Assembly: GCF_001194135.2 (NCBI RefSeq) | Contig: NC_068994.1 | Span: forward strand, 28,353 to 92,352 | Length of the DNA: 64,000 nucleotides | Direction of reading: 5' to 3' | Source: Octopus bimaculoides | Lineage: Eukaryota | Shown here: positions 1 to 13,000 of the stretch, one piece after another | Layout of the letters: each line of letters starts with the position of its first letter | How positions within the stretch are numbered: the stretch's first letter is position 1 | Program-made: the position numbers and the translations under genes | Notes under the pieces: model-generated | Databases searched by the model: none | Seen by the model: the letters and a program-made list of their open reading frames with translations, nothing else | What the model was told of the DNA's origin: nothing

Positions 1-854
1 TCATTTGGTGTTAGCACAGAATAGCCTGAAGCAAAGTAATATATTGTTTCACTAAATTGTGGCAGGATTATTTTGTGTAGAATGGCTTCATCATCTGCAC
101 CCATCTCCAAAATTATGAGTTGCTAGACGTTCCGACATGATCATATCCGTAAAGTTTATCCCAAACATACTTATCACACTACCAAGTGAGAACTTGTGGA
201 AATTACTTATAATCTTCCAATAGAGATTACTAGAATGTCGTTTTTAATGCTCTGAATTACTTCCTGGCCATTGTTGCTCAAATTCTCCACTAACCCTCTA
301 TAGCATGCAAGGGTTAACTTTCCATCAATCCCAGTGATTGATATCCAAGATGCTAAATGACCAATCCTGGTTTGTGCATGGTTGGTTTTAAGCTCCAGTT
401 TAGACTGGGCTTTGGTTTTTAGAAGTAAGTGTTATAACCATTTGATACTGTAAAGTTGGATGTCCACTACACTATTCCTTTAGCTATCAATCCTCTTATT
501 CTATACAACAGCTATCATGTAGTTTCTGTCAACCCAATTGTTTCCATAAAGTTTTCGTCATCTCATGGCTATGACAAAAAAGATACCTGATTGAACGTAG
601 TATTATATCGCTGTGAAATGAACTTCTTCATTACACAGTTAAGCCTGAAACATAATACATACCTACATGCATACATTCCCATCAAAACTTCTACCAAGTT
701 TAAATCTGCATCCAAGACTGTGTCATTCCATTTGCTATTGACCATATAAGAAGGTAGAATAAAATTTTGGCAAAGAATTGGGTGCCATTTCTAGCAGATC
801 ACATGAGTACATAGACTGTCCTTTGCTGATTAGTAGTAGTAGTAGTAAAATTAC

Positions 855-1054
855 CTCTTGAAATGTTTTTTTGATTAATTCTTCTCTTTCCTTTGTGACA
901 TCTTTGAAAGTACTTGACACATACAGCCGAACCTCTCTTTGTTTCTTCACCTCATGGAATTTCAACTTTTGTTTCTTTGCTTTCCATTTGATATTTCTAT
1001 TTTCTTCCTCTTCTGTTTCTGAAACACAGAGATTGGGAAATCTTCCTTTACTAG
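855..1054 (-). CDS. Exon 14, start of DUF4062 (EVRLYVSSTFKDVTKEREELIKKTFQE)
   Basis: Acceptor ttaactgtttgaccag|CT, donor GAG|gtaatt; SSTFxD...ER motif. Confidence 0.88.
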
Positions 1055-4000
1055 CTGGTCAAACAGTTAATAGATTAAAAATGCTCAATAGTCTTGTACT
1101 GTATCCTTGGCTACAGCGCCTGCCTTCCATGCACCCATTCCACATAGTTGTAAATAAGAATTCTGTAGAAATACACTTTACTGCTTTACGCAACATAATG
1201 ATTGCATGAGGTAAACCTTTACTTGTTAACTTGGAGCAGATATGTCATTCTGCTTACAGTAGACAACCTCAGAAATAAACCTTAAATAAGATGAGCAAAT
1301 GGGGAAACCTCTACCTAGTCACCCAAGTTGTTAGCAATAGCAGTCAGACTATCTTAAATCACAAAATGCCATCTTGGAGGGGAAGATCACATTGAACAAT
1401 GTAGTCTTAGATAGAGAAAAAGACAATGTGTGACGTTTTGAATTCCTTTTATCATGGAGCTTTTCATTCAGGGTTAGCCTGAAGGCTAAACAATGACAAC
1501 ATTACACAACACAGATCGCTCTATTTGTTACCTCAACATCACTTTACAGTTTAGACAGGGTGCACCACTTATACAAAATACACTGCTCTTCTTTTTACCT
1601 GAATCAACCTCAGATGATATTAACCTTAATCAAATCACTCACTGTTTTATTTACTATATTGACTTTAGCTCCAGACCTGAGACTAAACACACCGCTCTAA
1701 ATACCACATCAGTCTGCATCATCTGGGAGAGCATTAGACAACACACACCATTCTACTGATCTCATCAACAACAGCTCTATATCTCTTTTGTATTTGCAAT
1801 CAGTGGCTTAATACGTCTCATCACTATGACATTTAAAGAAGAAACAGAGCCTTACCTCTACATATATCCTTGACAAAGTTATCTACCATCAACTTATTAT
1901 TGTCCTTCAACAGTTTAGCCAGTATTTTGTCTAGTTCTGATATCTGAAACTGACCATCAGTCAACCAGGAGCTCTTAAAAATAAAATTTAAAAAAGAGGA
2001 AATTAAAGCAAAAAACAATCAGTTCTTTTCACTGTTAAAAAACATTGTAAGAAATAATTTTAAACAATAATGACTACCACAACATTGCTGAACCTGTCAG
2101 AAATAGCAGCCAATTCTCCTTCACATCACACCTAACTCTTTAGAAAACAAAGGATGTGTACATCAAAGAAATGGGTCTAGACATGCCATGCCCAGAAGTC
2201 AGGATGTCTGCTGCTAGAATACCTTCCATTCATAAGTCTACTTGAATGAAAATGATCTGAAGTGAATCAACAACAGCAATAGTAACAGACAAACAGTACA
2301 GAAATGACATTATCTCCAGACAGCCTCACAACATCACATATAATAAACACTATATGTCAGACAGTACAGAGTGGGCTAAATCTAGATAGAGATATATCTG
2401 TAGTTATTCATTATATATGTACTACAACCACAATCTCAAACCACCAAACAACAACACAAACCTCTTGTTCAAACATTGCCCTACTGTCTTAAAAGAATCA
2501 ATGAAAGAAGATAAATGAAATCCTGAATGTAATAGAAACAGAGATGAGATGGTCACAGCTTGAAAATATGAACAAAAACTAAGCAGGATCCAAATGCACA
2601 TTGATTTTAACCAGTTCTTTCCAAAAACTTCTAAAAAAAAAGCAACAGAAAAATGCAAAAGCCTCAGAGTCAAACAAAATGGCTAGCATATTCCCAAAAC
2701 ACATAGAACCTGAGAGAATCGGTGCAGCACACATGTACAACTATTGTACCAACACTGTAAAATTTTCAGAATTTGGGTGCTGAGCAACAATCATAACAAT
2801 ACTAAAGCCCAACAAACATACAAATAAAGTTGTACCTTTCAATTCTCACCATAAAATGTTATTAATTTAACGCCCCCCCCCCCCGGGGTTCTAAATTGCA
2901 ACATTGATTCAAGCTGCTATACTCAGTTACCACATTACTCACGTTCCTAACAAAGGAAATACATGATAGTTTCAACAACAACAACAAAAAAGCTTTCCCA
3001 TCTGGACCATTCTATCATCATCATCAGAAAAGTGTTTAGTTCTATTTCTCACTTCTCACCCATATAACATATATACAACATCATTATAAGAAACAACTCG
3101 CAACACATTGGCTAGCAAACTACTTGTCAGATTGCAAAAGGAATAAAATGCACAAGAACACTTCCAGACTTCAATACCGAAAGAGATAGCTACAGCGATC
3201 TGGCCACTCACCTATATTATTTCAACCTGTGTTGTATCCTCTGTCTCCAAATGTTGTACTGTCATGATATTGTGATGGATGGTTTAGATCCATTGTACCA
3301 GTGTTATAACAGTGAACAAGAGAACAATGCAGCTGTAATAACAACATAACGATCCAACAATCAATATTCCAAATGAACGAACCAGCCGATACCTTTTCAC
3401 TTCACTATGAACTCAACTTCAATTAACACACTTCATTCCGAGCACTACTTTTGCCATTTCAGTGGTAGCTTGTCTGGCCTGGAACTGTGAAAGCCTGGCA
3501 ATCTAGAGTCAATGAAATCTTGGAAGGCTTGTTTTACGGCATCGTCTAAACTAAATTTTTATCCTATCAAAAAGTTATCCAAATTCTGGAAGAAGAGGTA
3601 GTCAGTAAGGGCAAGATCAGATGAGTACGGTGGATGATGGAGAACTTCCAATTCCAACTCCTGTAGTTTCGCCAATGTCATTTTTGCATTGGATGATCTG
3701 GCGTTGTCTTGCAATGAAATAGGAGTGGATCTGTTGACTAATCTAGGCTTGTTTTTTGTAAGTTTCTGCATCATTTGGTCCAGTTGGCTGCAGTACACTT
3801 CAGCCTTGATTGATGAGCCAGGTTTAATGAAATCATAATGGATCACACCTGCACCAGACCACCAAACACTGACCATCAGATTCTTTTGATGAATTTTGCT
3901 TTTTGGACTGTATTTTGGTGGCTCGTCTTTGTGCAACAATTGTAATGAACGTTTACGGTTGTTGTATTGGATCCATTTCTCATCACGTTATAATTCGATT

Positions 4001-7000
4001 CAAAAATGATTCAGTTTTGTAACAAGAAAGTAGCTTAATGCAGGCTTCCAAACGTTGCTGTTTCTGATTTTCATTGAGTTCATGTCGAACCCACTTATCC
4101 AACTTTTTCACTTTACTGAGATGAAGTAGGTGAGTCAATATTGTTTGCTTGCTAACACTAAACAACAACGATAATTCACGGGCATTTTGAGATCTGACTG
4201 AACGGTGGCTTCCAGTTTGCCCACCTTTGTTTCTGGTTGACTGCATTGCTCATTTGTGAGGTCAAAGTTACCAGAACAGAATTTTGCAGATCAATTTGAT
4301 ACTGTCTGCTGTGTAATAACATTAGAATGAAATACTCTATTAATATTCCAAGCTGTCTGTGATGTTTTATTCCCCAAAAAAAACTCCTATTTCAAAACTG
4401 CACAAATTTCTGACTTATCCATCTCTAAACAAAAATAGTAAAAAACAATTTACAAATACTTTATAAAGTGCAAAATGAGTTAGAATAAAGAAATAGATGT
4501 ATCAGCTTTCTAACAAAAAATAAAGATTGTCAAAATATAATAATGGTGCAAAATGAGCAACTGTCAAAGTTTACCATATACCTTACAACAAATTTCATAC
4601 TTGATGACCTAATAATCAATATGTCCTCCAGGTATGGAATTGTGAATTGACAGTTTGCCAACATTGCATCCATAACTCGTTGAAATATTGCAGGTGTGAC
4701 CTTCAAACCAAAATATTTGTACAATCTTGTGTGTGTATTTACTGTTAGAAGCTTTGAGCATTCATCGTCATTCTTTATTTGCAGATATGCCTTAGACGAA
4801 TCCAATTTCGAGAATATTTTGCCACCATTTAATTTTGCAGAAATATCCTCTCGAGAAGGAAGTGGATAATGACTTGGCTTTAAACCATAATTTAGACCCA
4901 GAGAAAAGTAGTCAGCACACAGCCTAATTTCTTTCTTTCTTTTTTATACATGCAGTAGGTGTTGTCCATTTAGAGTAATTCACTTTTTTGATAATTTTAT
5001 ATTTTCTCAGTCTGTCTATCTCTTCATCTATGTTTTTTATTTGCAGCAAATGGTGCTTTTCTATTGGATTTGCATATTGGCACATTTTCCTTTAACTGAA
5101 AACATGCTTCAGTCTTTTTACATGGACCTAACTCATCCAACTGTATTTCAGGGAACTTTTTTTTTTTTTAAATTTTCTCTTCAATTTCTCAGACATTTAA
5201 TTTTCGAAGGGAAAACCAATTATGTTTTTGCCGTAAACAATTATGAGGAGATCGTATAAATCAAATAATTCCCGCCACTCGGTACCAAACTGATTGGTTG
5301 TATTCTTTATGGTGAAAACTTTCGCCTTGCAAGTTTTTCTTTGAAATGTGACATCATTCCTCATTTCACCTACAAAATGTAGTTTGTCGCCTGTCACGCC
5401 ACATATTTTTCACTGTTTTTCTTAACATAGGTTTCCCTATTTTCTTTTACGTGGCGGTGTTAATGATTGAAATGTCACTACCAGTGTCCAGTTATAATTT
5501 AATATTTATTCCATTTACTTTTATGTATACAAATTTCCTTATTTGGGAATTGGTTTTACTTTCTGCTGAGAGCACTTCAGAATTTTTTACATTTGACCTT
5601 TGTAATTTTGATCTGCAGTGTGAACACATACGTCCAAATTTTTGACAACTGTAACATTTTTGGTTTTTAAAAAGGACAATCTTTTCTGAAATGTAGGCCT
5701 CCACATCCGTAACATAGATTAGGACCTAGTAATCTTCTTTGGTGATATTTTCTCGGTTGACATATCTGTATTTTTACGAAATCCTTTTCTTGAATTTTTC
5801 TTACGTCATGTTTCAGGTTTGTCATCCTTTCACTCTTCTGCAACAGTCTGCAGGGTTGAATCTTGGATTGTTTATTCAAGTTTTGATTAAAAGAATTCTT
5901 GCCTGTATTTCTGTATCTTCATTTCCTGTTAGACCTTGTACAAAAATGAGGCATTTAAACATCTCAGTAGTAAGTTCTTTCAGTTTAAAACTTTCACATG
6001 TTCGGTTGACTATTCCTGCATCTATATATATATAAAAATGAGAATGTGTGTCTGTCTGTCTGTCTGNNNNNNNNNNNNNNNNNNNNNNNNNNNNNNNNNN
6101 NNNNNNNNNNNNNNNNNNNNNNNNNNNNNNNNNNNNNNNNNNNNNNNNNNNNNNNNNNNNNNNNNNTTTTTTTTTTTTTTAGTTAAATTCCAACATTGCA
6201 TTCAAGTGTTAAATACAGAAGTTTCATCACCAAACATGTTAGACAGCAATTTGATTGTATCCTTAAAATAAATTTCACAAAACTTTTTGAGCAATATGAA
6301 ATTACAGTATCTTTCATGCTCAGATAGAGCTAATCTACATAATAATAACCTTACATTTTCTTCATTCAACCATGCCTTGCAATCTTCCTTACAAATCTCT
6401 TTGTACCTTCTGTAGTATGCTGCAAAAGTTATACTTTACTCTGGGTTATAACTGAATTCTGTTATGGAGTTTGATATGCCATCAGGCGAAAACAAACTTA
6501 CAGCATTTTCAGACTTCTTTGCATATATCTCTAATAATTGTTGTTATTGTAATTGCTGCTGTACTAGTTGCTGTTCTTGTTGCTTTTGCAACTATATTTT
6601 AGAAGCTAATAGGTCTTCCATCATTTGACAAGTTGTATCATGAACAAATTGTTAAATAACCTACGGGAGATTTGAAACCCTCATCGCCAGATGTTATATC
6701 CTCTGTCTCCAAGGTCATAGTACCACCACTATATTGTGATGAATAGTTTAGATACACTGTACCAGAGTTATAACAGTAAACAAGATAACGGTGCACCCAT
6801 AATAACAATGTGACGATCCAACAATCTCTTCACAAACCAACAAGCAATATTCCAAATGAACCAACCAGCTGACCCTTCTGACCTCACTGCAAACTCAACT
6901 TGAACTAACACAACAAACTTCACCCTGACTGCTACTATTGATAATCACTTGGTCCAGTCTATTTCTCACAAGGGGGCGTTGTGACTCTCATCACAACAAC

Positions 7001-10000
7001 CTGTATCAACAATCTTCCACAAAACACACAGACATTGTAATATGCAGATTATAAAGCACTTGCATTTTCTGAATGTAATGGCACAATTGCATAATTATGG
7101 ATCTGAAGACAAGTTGAACAGGGATGAAGGACTACATTGTTGAGATTAATGAACGAATTTGACTAAGATGAGAGGATGTCTTTTGTTAGTTCTGGTGTAT
7201 TCAGCTTCAAACTGTTGTACACCATCATCAGTAACTCTTTGTTACATCTCCCGATTTGCAGTAAGTCCTTCAAGATCTTCAGCAGGAGTGCTATAGGCAA
7301 CTTGTCTTTCTAATACTTCCGAAGACTACTACATTTACAAAAGCCTTCTATTAGCTCACTAATACCACTTCATGATCATTGCTTCATCCTGATGAGATGA
7401 ACATGCCTGGAAACTTAAATTTGCTTTTCCAAAGGATCTCAAAGGCTTCCAATGAAATGATTTGCTCTCTGTAAAGTGTCTACTTACCACATTCGTATAA
7501 CGGAGTCATCAACTATTTGCCATCATCTCAAATAATACCTACTTTTATACAAATGATACACCTTTCACTCTTTCATAGTTTTCTGTCCCCAAGTATCATC
7601 TTCATGAAATGTAGACACTTCACACTAAATCTGTACTGCTTTCGTGAACAAAGATCTCAGAAAATTCTCTAATGGGGTCATGTCAATCTGGTTTTCTTCA
7701 GTATTACAGAAATATAATCACTAGATACATCAAGCACACAATCTCGTAGTCCATATTAACATTAAAAAGCATGCAACTAGAAGAGTCAATCATAAGAAAG
7801 GTCCGCACCAGGTTTATATCGTCGTAGACATCATTGTCAGCTGGACGAGACTCGCGTTTCACTCTGACCATAGCAGCAGACATAAGTGTGCCATAGTGAC
7901 CATCCCAGTATTTATCATCTTTGCCTGAAATAAAAAAGAGGAGAGAAAAGCAAAGAAATGTGTTCATCACCATCATCATCATGCTTTCCATGCTGACATG
8001 GGTTGGACGGTTTGACAGGAGTGGGCCAGTTGAAGAGATGTCCAGACTCCAATTGTCAGTTGTGGCATGATTTCCACAACTGGATGCCTTTCCTTATCCT
8101 AAACGGTTTACAGAATGTGTTGGGTGCTTTTTACATTCCACCAGCGTGGGTGCATTTATGCAACACCAGCATGAGTGCATTTTATGTGATATGGGCACCT
8201 GTAAAAGAGAAGCCTGTATGTATGGGTGACAACAATTTTACTTAGCTTGAAACACATTTTCTCATGTACAGCAAATCACCACAACTCCCAAACCCTTGTC
8301 ATTTTCTCAATGAGGCCCAGTGTTTGAAGATCCTTTCTCAACATTTTGTCCTACATTTTCATGGGTCTGCCCCTTCCACAGGTTCCCTCCACAATTAGAA
8401 CTTTGCACTTCTTTATGCAGCTGTCTTCATCCATATGCATCACATGACCAAACCAATGCAGTCTTCTCTCTTGCACTCAATATCTGATGCCTCTTATACC
8501 CAGTTTTCCTCTTAAATCATTTACACTGTTGTGTGCGCACACTGACATTACGCATCCAACAGATCATGCTAGTTTCTTTTATTTTAAGCCTTTGCAAGTC
8601 CTCTGTAGTCAAAGCCCATATTTTACTACCATATAGCATAGCTCTAGATAAGCAGGCATCATAAAATCTGCCTTTCACTCTGAGGGAGAGGCCCTGTGTT
8701 ACCAACAAAGGTAGGAGCTTTTTGAACTTCATCCAGTCCATTTTTATTCTAGCAGCTATGAGCAGGGCCATCTATCTGAGAAGAATTGTGACTTATCTGT
8801 TTTCATGCTTACTAGGACTTTGTTTTTTGATAAATTAACTCTAAAGTCCTTAGGTTCTAGGCCTTGGTTCCACACCTGAAATTTCTTCTCTAGGTCAGGT
8901 AATGATTCAGCTATAAGAACAAGGTCATCAGGATAGAGGAGCCCTCAGGGGCAGCCAGTCTTGAATTCCTCTGTTACGGTCTGGAGGACTAAGATAAGCA
9001 GGAGGGGGCTTGCTATACTCATTGCCAACCTTCACCTTACTGACAACATCCCTTTACATGGCTTGTACAGCTCTCACTAACCACTCATCTGTCCCTAGCT
9101 TCTGCATTGACCACCAGTTAAGGGAGTGGGCACCCTGTCAAAAGTTTTCTCCATTCCAGCAAAAACCAAGTACAGAGGCTTATTTTAGTTTAACTACTTC
9201 TCCTGCAGTTGCCTTACCAGGAATATAGCATCAGTCATGTTTCTGTCTAGCACAAATCCAAACTGCATCTCACCTACACTAACTCTCTTTCTTTCCAGTT
9301 GTACCATTGTCACATACAATATGGTTTCTAGAAGATTTGGCTTCTATTTCTGGCAGATTTAGCAATCACGTATAGGTTACCATATTAAATCATTGTAATA
9401 GTCATTGGGCTAATTATACTGTATTATTCCACACTGTATTATTCTTTCTAATTAGCTTTCAATAATCTCTGAAAGATATCTATTTTAACTATTGTTTTTC
9501 ATGCAGATAGCACCCCTGAGTAATTAATAGATAAGTATTTAATGCTTCCTTGGCTAACATATCTTAACACTAACTTAAATATCACATTGAGGTGTGTCAG
9601 AGAAAGAGAAATTTTAAATGTTTGTCTCTTACCATATGATTCAATTGCAACACCTCGAACCCCAGGGCCATAGTTTGAAAATGTGACGCTTACTTCCTGC
9701 CACTCATTGTTTTTGTAAATTTTTCCAATTTCTCCAGTTGTGAATTGTTTCATGATCTGAAAATATTGAAATATTTGACCTCAAAATTACAGGCACAGAA
9801 TAGTAAGCCTAAAGTTAGATTGCCCCAATAAGGAAGCCATTATGTAGTCACCCTCAAATAATATCTTAATAAAAAAGAAATGTTGTTAAATAATGATATT
9901 CTAAATTCACTCTGTCTGAATAATGCAAGAGATGGTCAAGGTTGAGCCTTTCATAAACGGTTTCTAAAGCAAGGTTGATCTGTATTTGAATAACAGCAGC

Positions 10001-13000
10001 AACAACTAGAAAGGAAATCCTAATGTGAGCCCAGAAGCATTGCATGAATAAAAGGTGTCGAGTTACAATTTAATTCTTAAAAAGGGAAAAGAAGAGAGAG
10101 AACAATTCGAAAAGGTTAACTTGTTGGTTATACCTAAGGATATTGACCAGTTTAGAAACACAGATATACAAAATTTCAATAAAGTTTTGTTTAATCAGTC
10201 AATTTAACATGCTTATGGGTTGCTCTTGAGTACATGTTGATAATAAACAAGAAGATTTTAAAAAAAGAACGAACCGTTCCATTTTCATCCATTAAAGAAG
10301 CCGTCATGGAATAGAATCCTCCACCACACACTCCCTCTCGGTACCACTCAGAGACCTGTTGTTAGGGATAATAACAGTGTAAATTATTTACAGAGACACA
10401 GGATCTTAAATTAAAATCTCATGTAAAAACATGGAATTCCATCCTATGAACTAAAAGATTGGGGCTTTTTTTTGTTGTCCAAGGGGTGGATTGTTAGGAT
10501 CATTAAGGAATTGGGCAATTCCTTAGTTAGTTAAGGTTTTATCATATTAGATATTCATATCAGGCTTTCTGTTCAAGTTGATGTTTCAAGGCAACAATTA
10601 TTACAACCTCCTTTCTCTCTCCAGTGATTGTATACAAAATAAAAATTTGAGCTTGTGATATTGTTTTTATTTTGTAGTTAATAATTGTTTCAATTCCAAG
10701 AGGATTGCATATTATTTGTAAACTTGTACCTTATTGACGATCTAGTCATATACACTGTACAGTCTATCTCCATGGAAATTTGTTTCCAATACATTGTTTT
10801 TAAGAAACATTCTAAAAAAATAATTTCATGGATGCTGTCAAGATAAACTGCACAACATATAAAACTTGATCATTAATTACATACACTAGTGTGTTGGCAC
10901 TCCATTGCTTACGACATCGAGGGTTCCAGTTGATCCGAGCAACAGAACAGCCTGCTCGTGAAATTAACGTGCAAGTGGCTGAGCACTCCACAGACACGTG
11001 TACCCTTAACGTAGTTCTCGGGAATATTCAGCGTGGCACAGTGTGACAAGGCTGACCCTTTGAATTACAGGCACAACAGAAACAGGAAGTAAGAGTGAGA
11101 GAAAGTTGTGGTGAAAGAGTACAGCAGGGTTCACCACCATCCCCTGCCGGAGCCTCGTGGAGCTTTAGGTGTTTTCGCTCAATAAACATTCACGACACCC
11201 AGTCTGGGAATCGAAACCGCGATCCTATGACCACGAGTCCGCTGCCCTAACCACTGGGCCATTGCGCCTCCACAATTACATACAAGACTATAAACATCAT
11301 GCAAGATTAATCACCACAGAATTGTTGAAACAATTGTAAACTATGAAATACGAAATAATACTGCAAACTTCAATCTCCAATTTTTGTTTCTTATACTCTG
11401 TAATATGTGGATTTTCTGTTTATTTGGAACTATGGTTTTATAAAGGGATTTCTCCTTTGCAATTTCCAGATAGCCACTTTCAGTAGAAATGCTTCCCAAG
11501 GGAAATGCCTGGATTATCTTATCACAGCTGACATAAAGTACCAGACAAACTGCTGGACTTGACAAGTGATCAAATTCTTTTTAAGATGGTACCCAATATG
11601 GCCATGACTGACAGCTAAAAGAATCCAAGATAAATAAAAGAGAGAAAAAAACAATGAGGAGACATGTTGAAACATTTACCTGGATGTCAGGTGATGTATC
11701 TAAATAGTCAACACAGAAGAATTCAGTGAGGTCTACTTCCTGTTGTTTGGTACATCTCATGTGGGACGTAATGAAAGCCTTTTTCATGCCATGACCACTT
11801 TCATCTATTGTCCAGTCACCATAGGCATTCCAGTGTACCATACTGTTTTGCTGGCAATATAACACTTACAGGATAACCAAAATTTTGCCACAGTGTAGAT
11901 CACATAATTAAGCACAGAATAATCAAAATTTTATTTCAGGCTAAATAAAATGGCAACCACTGGTTAAACCACATAGATTGTCCCCTATTGGTTCCCATCA
12001 GTTTTATAATAGAGCATTATTACCTTTAGTTAAGAAATAAAGGTTACTGTTTTGCATCCAGTCTAGTACTATGCACATATCCCAAAATAAGCATAAACCA
12101 CCACTTGATAACTACAGAGTTAGACAATGATTAAATACTGCTTTATCTCTAGATAACCAGCAGTTTTACTTAAAAAATGCAAATGGTGGAGAAAGGACTA
12201 CAAAACAAAAGAGGTCACATATTCAGCATAGTGTCAGGCAAGCACTCTGAACTTGTTTAACCCACGATATTCAGGATTGTTCTAAAAACTGAGGAAGCTG
12301 ATGATGTAAAAGAAAATGGAAAGAATAGGAGATAGAGTCTTTAACTTGTTTGCATATTAATGACTGTTAAAATTAGGTCTTATATAGCATATTTTTTATT
12401 AAAAAAATGGAGACAGCAGAGCTTGATGGTTCATCTTGTCTCACATACTACTCACCAAAACTGAAAAGAGGCACCACTGACAACTAACTGAGACATTTTT
12501 GCTCACTGTTACCTTTGCTATTTTTTTTTTTTTTTTCATATCTTTGTCATTTACTTTGTAAACTAGCCATGGAGAACTGCTTGATTTGTAATAACCAAAC
12601 TCAATTTTTCTTGTCTGCATAAATGTGATTTCCTATGGCAAGCTACTTGTATTTCTTTAATACACACACATAAACATTGATTTTGCAACTGAGTAGCAAA
12701 TGAACTTTTTTCTGTGATTCATAAACAGACAATTTGATATTAATTACATATTTTTTGTTAAAGTATGTAAATTTATCCTGCAGATATCATGTCCAAGTAT
12801 TACAAGTCAGTGAATGAACAAATTGCCAAATATATTTCATACCACTTTGACAGTCATTCATTGTAAAAATACATTTTATAATGTCAATAAGTGTGTATAC
12901 AATTACAAAAGAATTCGTCATCGGTTAGTCCACAAATGCCTTTGAGGGGCCTCATGCACTCTTCCCCTTTACACTTCCTGTTAGAATGGTTTTGGGTAGT

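Noticed and set aside
1059-1061. In-frame TGA if exon 14 started at the upstream acceptor near 1163 (Sec, or editing-rescued stop?)
   Set aside because: A good phase-matched acceptor (ttaactgtttgaccag|) at 1055 places this TGA in the intron.
6500-6640. Gln-rich minus-strand frame ending at a gtaagt donor
   Set aside because: Contains TAG and TAA in frame and is not needed for phase continuity; most likely a degenerate CAA/CAG microsatellite.
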